From Scyliorhinus canicula (lineage: Eukaryota), in contig NC_052168.1 of NCBI RefSeq assembly GCF_902713615.1, positions 11,532,001 to 11,596,000 on the forward strand: a DNA stretch of 64,000 nucleotides, given 5' to 3'. Positions 1-21,934 of the stretch are shown here, piece after piece. The notes below the pieces were generated by a model, which worked only from the letters and a program-made list of their open reading frames with translations, was not told the DNA's origin and did no database searches. A program made the translations under genes and the position numbers. Each line of letters begins with the position of its first letter. Position 1 is the first letter of the stretch.

Positions 1-1
1 T

Positions 2-338
2 TGATGTTGCTACATTCAGGATGGTTGGCGTAGTGTTCACAAAGGCCACAAAATAGCTTTAACTTGAACAAAGCTATAATTTAACACTACTAATTTGGAT
101 TCAACACATACCCCTAAATAATATACAGTTGGCAATAAACATATAATCCGCACTCATCTACTACTAATCTCTACACTATAACATTAACTATGATCTGCTC
201 TCACTCACACTATCTTTCTTTCATTCTGCTATCTCCTTCATTTCTCTCCCGTAGGGCTTAGCATTCTTTGCTTGTACATCTAACTCCCTCTAGTGGTTGA
301 GTTATGCATTTCATTAATCCTTGCAGTTATAATACCAC
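2..338 (-). mobile_element. Probable solo LTR abutting the Gypsy integrase relic
   Basis: TG...CA termini (tgatg...accaca) like the other solo LTRs in the window; left flank lies outside the window, so no TSD check. Confidence 0.45.
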
Positions 339-339
339 A

Positions 340-1410
340 CACCCTGGTTCAAATGGACTGACTGCAAAAGCCATCCAAATATTCAAGGCCGCCATGAAAA
401 AGTAGTCACGGGCCTCTTTGCAACTCAGACTGGTCCAGTTCCTACTCCCATATCGTGCTACCCCCTCACACCACCACAGGGCCTTCGCCCACCCAGCTGC
501 TAGTGGGCAGACGCACTAGAACACAAATGGACCATACATTTCCAAATTTGGTGAGGAAGACGGAGGCTAAATAAGACGAGAAGAAAAGACACCACGATTC
601 ACAAATAGTTGAAACAACTTTTGTCGTGGGTGATTTAGTTTACATCAAGAATTTTGGTGCTGGTCCAAATGGGGCTCCCGGGAAAGGTTGCGGCCAAAAC
701 ATGTCCCGTGTCGGACAAGGTAGAGGTTCAAGGGAGGTGGTTTAAAAAAAACAAACATCTGAACCACTTGAGAGAAGCACACGCCAAACTATAGGGACAT
801 CCTGGCCCTAGTAGACTTGTCAGCCAGATGGATATAAATGAAGGTAAAGCCACAGCAAGCTGCCCAAGAGAACAAACCCAGTATTGTTTTGGGGAGGGGG
901 GGGGGGGGGGGTGTGGAAAACAGAGAAAACTACCTGTATGGAGTCATATTCACCTATTGAGTGTAAATCAAACTCTTGAGGACCAAACACCAGTCACTGC
1001 TGAAGCGCCCATTGTGGAGTTGCATCACTCTAAAGGACTAAGAAGTTTCCTTACAGACTGACACAAGAGACAGCTTGGAGAGCCGCTTCTACACAAATTC
1101 CTTTGTTATTAATGTTGGTTGGGGGGGGGGGGGGGGGAAGGAGAGAAAGAGGAGGGATGTAGCAGTTTTTTTTAAAGGGGGCAGGTCCCTGGAGGGTCAT
1201 GGGACACAATCAGCCAATGGGGCAGAGCATGTGAACCCTCGGGCAGAATACTGGTTGCCAGGTCATTGGGAGCTTAGAGTATTGGATCACATGCACTTTT
1301 ACCTTGCTCAGTGTATAGTTTCATTTGTTAATCCATCCAGTGGTTGCCTGTCAGGATGTTACAGTTAAACACTATTCACCCTCCGGCTCCCTGATCTGTA
1401 GATGCATATG
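340..1410 (+). mobile_element. Degenerate 3' end of a Gypsy/Ty3 LTR retrotransposon (integrase C-terminus, PPT, 3' LTR)
   Basis: Interrupted frames PGSNGLTAKAIQIFKAAMKK*...RLVQFLLPYRATP / HTTTGPSPTQLLVGRRTRT / VGDLVYIKNFGAGP. Purine tract ends at 1157 and TGT starts at 1158; LTR right end is approximate. Confidence 0.75.
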
Positions 1411-2105
1411 GATTCCCAAGATCGTTTCCAGAACAAAACTAGATAGGTGTGCTTGTAACATGTTCTTACATAAACCTGATGAAACATCCTCACATCTGTG
1501 GCTAGGTAGGAAGACAGAGCTGCTACCAAGCATCAGCTACAGCCTGGAGGTATTTTTAGTTTGACTTCTGATAGACATCAGACCAATATCTCCACCAAAC
1601 CTTCACACCATCTCAACTGCAGTTACCTCCTCTCATACAGACTTGTTGTTGTGGAGGACTTGCTCCTGGGGGAATCACAGAGGATCAGGAGAAGTCAGCA
1701 GGCAAGTAAAAGCCTAGACATCAGTTCTCCACCCGTTCCTGATCTGAAAGAGTCCAGTGGAAGATGATCCACAGTCCACTAATGTAATTTGACAAGTCAG
1801 TAAATGTTCCTGATTAACTTTCAAACAACTGTTGAGTGCTTAAGGTGTCAAGTTAGAATTATTCTTAATGATTGACAGCAGACAAGATCAGAGAAAGATT
1901 TTTTTACGATCCATATTACAATTCTTTGCTACAAGTTCTTTCTTCCTGGAGAAAGCCAAAATGGTCCAGGTGTAGTTGGAAATGCACATCACACAGTAGC
2001 CAAGACATCTACAAATTGAATGACAGGCAAGATCAGTGAAAGATTTTTTTATTGTAGGGCAACAATTATTTGCTACAAGTCCTTTCTCAAATCCTGGATG
2101 TGACA

Positions 2106-5418
<3,313 letters not shown>

Positions 5419-5528
5419 TTTATGACTGAGGATTATTCTTTTGAGCTGACAGCCACCCAAACACAAACCTCTATCCCAAATTCAGAAACACTAACTGTAG
5501 CTAAATCCTTCCGGCCAAAGAACTTGGA

Positions 5529-5680
5529 TTTATACTCCAGGGCTTCAAGGTAATGTCATTTAGCAGGAAATGACATCATCAATGATGGCCAAACACTCTT
5601 GTTGACCAATCAATCAGCTGCCTTGTCCAATTGGATTCCAATCAGCACAGGAGACGATGTGGGACCCAGGAACCAATCAG
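5529..5680 (-). promoter_or_regulatory. Ferritin copy 1 proximal promoter: TATA box, ETS/CRE-like site, multiple CCAAT boxes
   Basis: TATAAA (minus) at 5534-5529; CAGGAAATGACATCA at 5564-5578; CCAAT at 5606, 5627, 5638, 5673; conserved in the other two copies. Confidence 0.75.
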
Positions 5681-6224
5681 AATGTTCAAAGAGAAGCTCA
5701 TGTGAATGGAAACTCAACCATGATAGAAATACTGATTGATCTTTGACCTGAATCTCCATCCAACAATGCCAACACTCAAAAAGCTCATTTTGATCTTTGA
5801 GTGGAGATATTAAGACAACCTTGTTCACAGAATTACTTTAGCTTGTTATTCTGAGGGAATTTTCCCTCCATAATTTCTGAAGGACAAGGACAATCCCATT
5901 AGAAATTATTTTCAGAAAATATTTTTCTATTAGTGTACAAAGTAAAGTGCTGTGCGGCAGCCGGCCTTGGGATCTGATGGTAGATTGACGGATGATGATG
6001 CTGTGGACCAATTCAGGTCACAGGAAGCCCAGTTTGAAAACTCCGGCTACATGGTAGGCCTCAGGCCTCTGTGTCTAATTTCCACTTACTGGATGCATAT
6101 TGTGTGGCTGCCATTGTGATATCTCCAGTTGGTGATTAATTGTTACAACAACAACCATCCGTGCTCAAGAACGTTTCAGTCGAGGTATTTTCCGGAATAG
6201 TTTACATAAAATGGACAGCAATGA

Positions 6225-6530
6225 ATCATAGAATTTACAGTGCAGAAGGAGGCCATTCGGCCCATCGAGTCTGCACCGGCTCTTGGAAAGAGCACCCTAC
6301 CCAAGCCCACACCTCCACCTCCACCCTATCCCCATAACCCAGTAACCCCACCCAACACTAAGTCAATAATTTTGGACACGAAGGGCAATTTATCATGGCC
6401 AATCCACCTAACCTGCACATCTTTGGACTGTGGAAGGAAACCAGAGCACCCGGAGAAAACCCACACACACACACGGGGAGAACGTGCAGACTCCGCACAG
6501 ACGGTGACCCAAGCCGGGAATCGAACCTGG
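6225..6530 (-). mobile_element. HE1/V-SINE-type SINE (5' truncated)
   Basis: V-core and tail; absent from the paralogous upstream region of copy 2. Confidence 0.9.
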
Positions 6531-7549
6531 CCAAGAGTCACCCTCCACCCAAACCTCTCCCTACCCCACAGTTGATGGTGTTAAATGAAAGAAACTGAAA
6601 CATCCTTCAATAATGGACTGTGGCCTGTGTGGCACTCAAGGATTGAAGATGACCATTCAGCTATTGGATAGGGTCAAAGGTTTTGCAGCTGGATCTGTGG
6701 GAGGAAGTTACCTTTGGTCAATAGTTGTTTAAAATGCCTGGTAGACTGAGGAGTTGGAATACTTTGAGATCATGTTCGTTCGGTTGTTCAATTAAGGCAT
6801 CAACTGGTTAACGTAAGTGGGTTTTCTGGAGGATAAAACCAAAGGTCAAGTGAAAGGTCCATTTCCTCCACCCAGGCAGCAGTGGGGGCTAACCCCAATG
6901 TACTGCAACAACGCATCCTCCGACTGGCCCTCCCCAACCCACAACCCTCAGCTCTTTGGGAGTCAAAGAAATTAGGTGCTTACCGTCACCTCCAAGATTC
7001 CCCTCCGAGTCACACACTATCCTGACTCGGAGATACACATTCCCGTTCCTTTATCATCGCTGGGCCAAAATCCTGGAGCCATCGATCTGACAGAATTGAG
7101 GAAGCACCTCTAACACGTGGATTTCAGCAACACGAGATGGCACCTCCCTCCTAACCCTCAAGGGGCAAAGGTATTTGCCCAGTAAAATCGCCGTGCCATT
7201 TTCAGGCCACCAGTTTCCTACATGTTCACTGCACCAACAGAGGTGGCATTGGAGGCAGACCATAATAATCCTGAGCTCAGGCCAGTGTCAATTCCAAGGA
7301 TAACATTGACATCAAATTCCAGAACTAGTTGATATGAAATCTTGATGTTGTTCAGCAAGGTGGGGTAGCTGGTGGGTGGAATGGTTAAATAGCAGGGAGT
7401 CACATAGGGACACCCCACAATGTATTCCGACAGCCAGAACCCTTTCCCCAAGATGGATTGAGATGCACACCAGCTGCTTGTTGAACAAAGATCAGCAACT
7501 GCAAGGTTAATTTCTTTATTTAATGCGCTTTTAAGGGATGTGAGCTTGT

Positions 7550-9870
7550 TTATTTGTTGACCATGCCTAATTGTCCTTGAGAAGGTTGTGGTGAGCTGCC
7601 TTGAGTCGCTGCTCTCCATGTGGTGTAGCACAACAGTGTGTACAGAGAGGGATTCCCAGATTTTGACCCAGTGACAGTGAAGGAACGACCGATATATTTC
7701 CAAGTCTGGGTGGTGAGTGAGTTGGAGGGGAGCCTCCAGGTGGTGGGGTTCCCAGGTATCTGCTGCCCTTGTCTTTCTAGATGGTAGCGGCCGTCGGTTT
7801 GGAAGGTGCTGCCTAAGGAACATTGGTGAGTTCCTGCAGTGCTTCTTGTAGATGGTACACACGGCTGCCACTGTGTATCGGTGGTGGGGGGTTGAATGTT
7901 TGTGGAAGGGGTGTCAATTAAATGAGCTGCTTTGTCCTGGACGATGTTGAGGTCCTTGAGTTTTATTGGAGCTGCACTCATCCAGGCAATGGGGAGTATT
8001 CCATCACACCCCTGACTTGTGCTTTGTTGATGGTGGACAGGCTTTGGGGAGTCAGGAGGTGAGTTGCTCACCACAGGATTCCCAGCCTCTGACCTGCTCT
8101 TGTAGCCACAGTATTTATGTGGCCAGTCCAGTTCAGTTTCTGGTCAATGGAAACCCCCTGGATGTTGATAGTGGGGAATTCAGTGATGGATGTGCCATTG
8201 AATTTCAAGGAGCGATGGTTTGATTATCTTTTTTTAGAGATGGTCGTTGCCTGGCACTTGTGTGGCGTGAATGTTACTTGCAACTTGTCAGCCCAAGCCT
8301 GGATATTGTCCTGGTCTTGCTGCATTTGGACATGGGCTGTTTCAAGGTCTGAGGATTCGGAAATGGTGCTGAACATTGTGCAATCATCTGCAAACATCCC
8401 CACATCTGACCTTATGTTGGAAGGAAGATCATTAATAAAGCAGCCGAAGATGGTTGGGTAGGGTACTATCCTTAGGAGTTCTTGCAGTGATATCCATAGA
8501 CTGAAATGACTGACCTCCAAGAATTACAACCATCATCCTTTGTGCCAGGTATGACTTCAACCAGCGGACAGTTTCCCCCCTGATTCCCATTCACTCCAGT
8601 TTAGGTAGGGCTCTTTCATGCCATATTCGGTCAAATGCTGCCCTGATGTCAAGGGCAGTCACTCTCGCCTCACCCCTGGAGTTCAGCTCTTTATCCATGT
8701 CTGAAACAAGGCTGTAATGAGGTCAGGTGCTGAGTGACCCTGGCAGAACCTAAACTGAGCATCAGTCAGTAGGTTTTTGCTGAGTAAGTGCTGCTTGATA
8801 ACACTGTTGATGACTCCTTCCATCACTTTGCTGATGATTGAGAGCAGACTGATAGGACTGTAATAGTCCAGGTTGGCTTTGTCCTGCTTTTTGTGTACAG
8901 GACACACCTGGGCAATATTCCACAGTGCCGGGTAGATGCCAGTATTGTAGCTGTACTGGAACAGCTTGGCTGGGGGGGGGGGGGGGGGGGGGGGGGCAAG
9001 TTCTGGAGCACAAATCTCAGTACCATTGCTGGAATATTATCAGGACCAAGAGCCTTTGCAGTATCCAGTATCTTCAACCGTTTCTTGATCTCACGTAGAG
9101 TGAATCTAATTAGTTGAAGACTGACGTCTGTGAAGCTGGCGACCTCTGGAGGAGACGGAGATGGGTCATCCACTCGATACTTCTAGCTGAAGACTATTAA
9201 GAATGCTTCAGCCTTGTCTTTTGCACAGATGTGCTGGGCACTTCCATCATTGAGGATGGAGTTATTTGTGGAGCCTCCTCCTCCAGCGAGCTGTTCAATG
9301 CTAAATTACCCTTAGTGTCCAAAATTGCCCTTAGTGTTGGGTGGGGTTACTGGGTTATAGGGATAGGGTGGAGGTGTTGACCTTGGGTAGGGTGCTCTTT
9401 CCAAGAGCCGGTGCAGACTCGATGGGCCGAATGGCCTCCTTCTGCACTGTAAATTCTATGATGTGATATGTTGCTTGTCAGACAAGGAGTCCTGTGTTGT
9501 AATTTCACACTTAATTTTTTAGTTTGCCTGGCGCGCCTTTCTGCGCACTTCATTGAACGAGGGTTAATCCCGCAGCTTGGTGGTAATGGTGGAGTGGGGA
9601 ATATGCCAGGCCCCAGATTGTGGCTGAGTACAATTCTGCTGCTGATGACCCGCAGCACCTCATGGAACCCAGCCTTGATTTTCTACATCTGTGCTGATTT
9701 CATCCCATTTAGCGCGGTGATAGATCCACACAACAACACGATAGAGGGTACGCTCAATGTGAAGACCATACTTGATCTCCACAAGGACGCTACCAATACT
9801 GCCATGGACAGATGTATCAGTGGCAGACAGGTTGGTGAGGAGGTCTAATATGCTTTTCCCTCTTGTTGGG
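7550..9870 (-). mobile_element. Degenerate CR1/L2-group LINE (RT and C-terminus), interrupted by a SINE fragment at ~9298-9462
   Basis: Frameshifted RT motifs KALGPDNIPA, YSPISLLSIISKVMEG, QFRFCQGHSAPDLI, FINDLPS...MFADDCT, WADKLQVTFTPHKCQ. Confidence 0.9.
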
Positions 9871-10688
9871 CTTCAACTGTCGTTTACCCAGTCGAGCATT
9901 TCGGTCCTTTGGGACTCATTACTGATTAATCACCTGTCAGTACATGGTGATCAGCAGGAACCTTCCTTAACCGTGTTTGACCTGAAGCCCATCAGTGAAG
10001 CTGTATGTTTCAAACCCAAGGAGGAAAAGCAATGGAACCAATTGAGGGTGGATGTGACATGGTATTTCAATACTCTGCCCTTTCCCCTAAAAGCTAAATA
10101 TATTTTTGCATACACATCTACAGCCAGATCTGCTCCCCACAGAGCATCAGCTGTGAATACACAGATATCGCCACCAAACCTTGCACTGTACCATCCTGCA
10201 GTTACCTCAAAACTCCGATTGGTGTTAGGTAGCACATGGTTCACACTGTTACCACACAGTGCCGTGGACCCAGGTTCAATGCCAGCCCCAGGTCACAGTG
10301 TGGAGTTTGCACATGCATGGTTTCGCCCCCACAACCTGATGTGCAGGGTCGGTGGATTGGCTACACCAAGTTACACCTCAATTAGAAAATTTTAAAACCA
10401 ACTTTTTTGTGGATGACTTCAGCTCTGGGTCATCATAAGCTAGATCAGGATACGTTACCACACAAATAGAAAGCTGGGCTAGAGGAAGGAGGATGATCCA
10501 CAGTCTAATCACTACAAGTCAGTAATTTACTTGAACTTTCACACAACTGAGCACTTAAGATGTCACATTAAAGTGAGAAGTATTGAATGACGGGCAATAG
10601 ACAAGATCAGTGAAAGATTTTTTTATTAATTTAATTGCAGGGCAACAATTCTTTGCTACAAGTCCTTTCTCAAATCCTGGATGTGACA

Positions 10689-13268
<2,580 letters not shown>

Positions 13269-13368
13269 TTTAAACCTGGGGATTATTCTTTGTGCTAACA
13301 GCCACCAAAACACAAACACCCTATCGATCAACACCAACCACAACTAAAACCCCTCCAAAGAACTTGGA

Positions 13369-13520
13369 TTTATACTCCAGGCAGCAAAGTGATTTAATTG
13401 AGCAGGAAGTGACATCATCAATGATGGCCAATCACTCCTGTTGACCAATCAATCAGCTGCCTTGTCCAATTGGATTCCAATCAGCACAGAGATGATTTAG
13501 GACCCAGGAACCAATCAGAC
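13369..13520 (-). promoter_or_regulatory. Ferritin copy 2 proximal promoter
   Basis: TATAAA at 13374-13369; CAGGAAGTGACATCA at ~13403-13417; several CCAAT boxes at ~13428-13517. Confidence 0.75.
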
Positions 13521-14229
13521 TGTTCAAAGAGAGGCTCATGTGAATGGAAACTCAACCATGATAGAAATACCGATTGATCTTTGACCTCAGTCTCCATCTG
13601 AAAATTCCAACACTCGAAAAGCTCATTTTGACCTTTGAGTGGAGGTATTAAGACAACCTTGATCACAGAGTGACTTTAGCTTGTTAATTTTGAGGGATAT
13701 TCCCGCTTAACGTATGATGAAAATTGTTCTCAAAGCAAAGCGGTGTTGAGCATCCAATCTCAGAATCTGATGGTAGATTGACGGTTGATGACGCTGTGGA
13801 CCCATGCTGATCACAGGAAGCCCAGTTCGAAACCAGTGCTGAAAACTCCAGATACATGGTAGGCCTCAGGCCTCAGTGTCTAATTTCCACTTACTGGATG
13901 CATATTGTGTGGCTGCCATTGTGTTATCTCCATATGGTTATTAATTGTCACAATAACAACCATCCGCTCTCAAGAATGTTTCGGCCGAGATATTTTCTGG
14001 TATTGTTTACATAAAAAAGACAGCAAAGAAACCGGCCCCCAGGCCCAGGCCAAGAATCACCCTCCACCCAAGCCTCCTCCTACCCCACAGTTGATGGTTT
14101 TTAAAAAAACAAACTGAGACAGCCTTCAATAATGGACTGTGGCCTGTGTGGCACTCAAGGATTGAAGATAATCATTCAGCTATAGTGTAGGGTCAAAGGT
14201 TTGACAGTTGGATATGTCAACTGTATACC

Positions 14230-14583
14230 GGCAGCACGGTAGCATTGTGGATAGCACAATCGCTTCACAGCTCCAGGGTCCCAGGTTCGATTCCGGCTTG
14301 GGTCGCTGTCTGTGTGGAGTCTGCACGTCCTCCCCGTGTGTGCGTGGGTTTCCTCCGGGTGCTCCGGTTTCCTCCCACAGTCCAAAGATGTGCAGGTTAG
14401 GTGGATTGGCCATGATAAATTGCCCTTAGTGTCCAAAATTGCCCTTAGTGTTGGGTGGGGTACTGGGTTATGGGGACAGGGTGGAGGTGTTAACCTTGGG
14501 TAGGGTGCTCTTTCCAAGAGCCGATGCAGACTCGATGGGCCGAATGGCCTCCTTCTGCACTGTAAATTCTAGGTAATTCTATG
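14230..14583 (+). mobile_element. HE1/V-SINE-type SINE, full length
   Basis: GGCAGCACGGTAGC head, V-core, ATTCTA tail. Confidence 0.92.
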
Positions 14584-14879
14584 TGGGAGAAAGTTATCTT
14601 TGGGCAATAGTTGTTTGAAATGCTGGATGGCAATGTGTTCCAATCTTACAGCATTCATGTACAAATTGGATCTTTTACCTTACAATATTAGAACATGGTC
14701 ATTTGGTACTTTAATAAAGGCAGGCACTGGTGAACAGAAGGGGATTTTGTTGGGGGATAAACATCAAGTGGCTTAAAGGTTCTTTTTGTGCACTGAGGCA
14801 GCAGTGCGTACTGTCCACAAGATGCCCTACAACAACTCACTCTCCGATAGCATTTCCTTAACCTGCTAACTAATTACAG

Positions 14880-15800
14880 CTCAACAGCAGCACGGAATTT
14901 CACCCTGAAATGTGCGAGGTGATGCATTTTGGGAGGACGAACAAGGGAAAGAGTACACAACGAACGGTAGGTCACGAGGAAGTAGAGAGGACCAGAGGGA
15001 CCTTGGGGTGCATTTCCAAAGATCTCTGAAGGCAGCGGGACAGGTAGATAAGGTGGTTAAGAAGGCATGCGGGATACTTGCCTTTATTAATCGAGTTATA
15101 GAGAGCAAGGAGGTTGTGATGGAGCTGCGTAAAAAACTCGTTGGACCACAGCTAGAGTACTGTGTGCTGTTCTGGTCACCTCACTACAGGAAGGATGTGA
15201 TTGCACTGGAAAGAGTGCAGAGGAGATTCACCAGGATATTGCCTGGCTGAAATAGTTTCAACTATCAAGGGAGGCCAGGATTGTTTTCCTTAGAACAAAG
15301 AGGGGCTGGTTTAGCTCACAAGGTTAAATCGCTGGCTTATAAAGCAGACCAAGCAGGCCAGCAGCACGGTTCGATTCCCGTACCAGCCTCCCCGGACAGG
15401 CGCCAGAATGTGGCGACTAGGGGCTTTTCACAGTAACTTCATTGAAGCCTACTCGTGACAATAAGCAATTTTCATTTTCATTTTCATTCAGAAGGCAACA
15501 TTGAGCTGTAAAATGGAGGAATATAGCTAGGAACAAACTTTCCCCTTCGTAGAAGGGTCAGTAACCAGGGGCCGTAGATTGAAGGAAAAGCTATCACCTA
15601 GAGGGTGGTGGGAATCTGGAACTCACTGTCTGAAAGGGCGGTAGAGGCAGAAACCCTCAACATTGAGTATTTAGACATGCATCATAGCGTGCAAGGTTAC
15701 AGACAAAGTGCTGAAGAATGGGAGTAGAGTGGATAGGTACTTGATAGCCAGTACAGAGGTGATGGACCAAAGGGCCTCTTTTTGAGCTATAAAGCTCTAT
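14880..15800 (+). mobile_element. CR1 LINE 3' fragment interrupted by a short SINE (15302-15490)
   Basis: QRDLGVHFQRSLK...PQLEYCVLFWSPHYRKDVIALERVQRRFTRILPG and CR1 3' UTR. Confidence 0.9.
15302..15490 (+). mobile_element. Short tRNA-derived SINE with (TTTCA)n tail; further copies at ~16499-16678(+), 17255-17390(-), 22580-22745(+), 26090-26250(+), 27122-27307(-), 30966-31150(+), 35110-35292(-)
   Basis: GGGGCTGGTTTAGC head, GGTTCGATTCCCG B-box, tail GGGGCTTTTCACAGTAACTTCATTGAAGCCTACTCGTGACAATAAG. Confidence 0.85.
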
Positions 15801-16004
15801 GATTATGTTGTTGGCACAGGGGACTGTGGAGGGATGGCTATGTAGCGAATTGAGCATGATTGTGACATGTAGAAGAACTTAGCCAGATCAACTTGCATTT
15901 TGGTCCAAATAATGATTCATTTCAACTTTGTTAAAAATGTGGACTTTCTGGAAACCCCTCCCTCCTCACCACTCACCCTTCCGTGGGGAACTAAACAAAT
16001 CTAC

Positions 16005-17745
16005 TAGAATTCTTTGAAGACGTAACTAGTAGAGTTGACCAGGGAGAACCAGTGGATGTGGTTTATTTCGACTTTCAGAAGGCTTTCGACAATGTCTCAC
16101 ATAGCAGATTACTATATAAAGTTAAGGCGTCTGGAGAGGATAGAAAGCTGGTTAGCAAACAGGAAGCAAAACTTTGGAAGAAATGTCTTTTTCTGATTGG
16201 CAGGCAGTGACTAGGGGGGTACCGCGGGGATCTGTGCTCGGACCCCAACTGCATTAAATGTATTATTTCCAAATTTGCAGATGATACAAAATTGGGTGGG
16301 TGAGCTGTGAGGAGGATGCAGAGATGCTTCAGTGGGATTTGGACAGGCTGAGTGAGTGGGCATATGCATGGCAGATGCAGTATAATGTGAATAAATCAGA
16401 GGTTCTCTGTTTCAGTAGCAAAAACATGAAGGCAATTTATTATTTGAATGGGTTGAGAGAGGTGAATATGCAACAAGACCTTTGTGTCCATATGCATAGG
16501 GGCTGTTTAGCACACTGGGCTAAATCGCTGGCTTTGAAAGCAGACCAAGGCAGGCCTGCAGCACGGTTCGATTCCCGTAACAGCCTCCCCGAACAGGCGC
16601 CGGAATGTGGCAACTAGGGGCTTTTCACAGTAACTTCATTGAAGCCTACTCGTGAGAATAAGCAATTTTCATTTCATTAGTCACTGAAAGTAAGCGCGTA
16701 GGTACAGCACGCAGGAAAGAAGGCAAATGGTATGTTGGCCTTCAGAGCGAGAGGATTGGAGTCTCGGAACAGGGATGTTTTACTGCAATTGGAGGGGGCA
16801 TTGGTAAGGCCGTACCTGGAGTATTGTGTGCAGTTTTGGTGTCCTTATCTGAGGAAGGAATGAAATGAACGAAAGTCGCTTATTGTCTCAAGTAGGCAGC
16901 AGGGTAGCATGGGGGGCAGCAGGGTAGCATGGGGGGCAGTATACATGCTTCACAGCTCCAGGGTCCCAGGTTCAATTCCCGGCTGGGTCACTGTGTGGAG
17001 TCTGCACGTCCTCCCCCTGTGTACGTGGGTTTCCTCCGGGTGCTCTGGTTTCCTCCCACAGTCCAAAGATGTGCGGGTTAGGTGGATTGGCCATGCTAAA
17101 TTGCCTATAGTGTCCTAAAAAAAAAAGTAAGGTTAAGGGGGGGGTTGTTGGGTTACGGGTATAGGGTGGATGCGTGGGTTTGAGTAGGGTGATCATGGCT
17201 CGGCACAACATTGAGGGCCGAAGGGCCTGTTCTGTGCTGTACGGTTCTATGGTTCTACGAAGTTACTGTGAAAAGGCCCTAGTCGCCACATTCCAGCACT
17301 TGTTCGGGGAGGCTGGTATGGGAATTGAACTATGCTACTATGCTTCTGGCAAGCTGGAGATTTAGCCCAGTGTGCTAAACTAGCCCCTGGATGGTCTTGC
17401 CGGGGGGGGGGGGGGGGGGGGGGGTGCAACAAAGGTTTACTAGGCCGATTCCTGGGATGGTGGGAAGATTTATATTTATGGAGCAAGAGATCTCAGAACC
17501 CTTTTAAGACAGGGTAGGTTCAGAAAGAATGTTCCCAATGATGAGGGGGGGGGGGGGGGGGGGGGGTGCAACAAAGGTTTACTAGGCCGATTCCTGGGAT
17601 GGTGGGAAGATTTATATTTATGGAGCAAGAGATCTCAGAACCCTTTTAAGACAGGGTAGGTTCAGAAAGAATGTTCCCAATGATGAGGGGGGGGGGGGGG
17701 GGGGGGGGGGGGGAGAAGAAAGTAGTCCAGAACGAAGGCTCAGTT
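16005..17745 (+). mobile_element. Fragmented CR1 LINE with nested SINEs (including HE1-type at ~16914-17252)
   Basis: VDVVYFDFQKAFD, SKFADDTK, LQWDLDRLSEWAYAWQMQYNVNK, LEYCVQFWCPYLRK. Confidence 0.85.
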
Positions 17746-18202
17746 TGAGGATAAGGGGCAAAATAAACTGTTATAATAAAGACGAAACCCAACTCTGGAC
17801 AGAGAAGTGTTCTCTGTGGCATCAACCACATTCCTCCATTCTATGTAGAACAAGAGCCCCGAATTCTTGTTGTGGAGGATTTCAGCTGAAGTCATCAAAG
17901 AGTGACAGGAGAAGTCATGTTCTCTACCCATCCATAATCTGGAAGGGGTGGGGAAGAACAAGGGGACAGCAAAAAGCCACAAATAATCATGCAAGTCAGT
18001 CTGCAGCAATATGTATTTCTCAAGCTAAAGCTCCAAGATGTACTGAAAGCAAGTCTGAATGAAGGACAATAGGCAAGATCAGGGAATTATTTTAATTTTA
18101 TTTCAATTCACTTATCCTTCCTAGAGAAGGCCAAATGGTCCATCTGTAGTAGGAAGTGGACATCAGACACCAGCAAGGTCATCTGCAATCAAACACGTGA
18201 CA

Positions 18203-21589
<3,387 letters not shown>

Positions 21590-21688
21590 TTTGAAAATAT
21601 CTTTTTTTTTTTTTAAAAGGTCTAACTTGTTCAAACCCAATCACAAACTTACGATTGCCACCAAACATCCATCACCAAAGGACTTGAA

Positions 21689-21820
21689 TTTATACTCTGG
21701 GATCCATCTCTCATTTCTGAAGCAGGAAATGACATTTCAACCATCCTTGTTGACCAATCAAAGCAGCTGCCATTTCCAATTGGACAGGATAGGATTAGGG
21801 ACCTAGGAGCCAATCAGAAT
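21689..21820 (-). promoter_or_regulatory. Ferritin copy 3 proximal promoter
   Basis: TATAAA at 21694-21689; CAGGAAATGACAT at ~21723; CCAAT at ~21754, 21776, 21810. Confidence 0.7.
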
Positions 21821-21934
21821 GTTAGTGAGGCTGCTTTGATCGACAACAAGCCATGATAGAATTGCTGATTGATCTTTGCCAATCTTCACCAGTGCAAACT
21901 CTAGAAATGTTAAGAAAATATACCCAGAAACCTT

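Noticed and set aside
5470-5505. ACAGTTAGTGTTTCTGAA in the copy 1 leader as a variant IRE
   Set aside because: The loop is not CAGUGN and the flanks do not form the 5-bp upper stem with a bulged C; it is not conserved in copies 2 and 3.
14230-14300. tRNA genes
   Set aside because: The A/B-box-like sequences are SINE heads that continue into the V-core and LINE-like tails; I see no standalone cloverleaf.
21625-21645. GTTTGAAC in the copy 3 leader resembling the 3' arm of a ferritin IRE
   Set aside because: There is no CAGTG loop or complementary 5' arm, and the match is too short to be meaningful.
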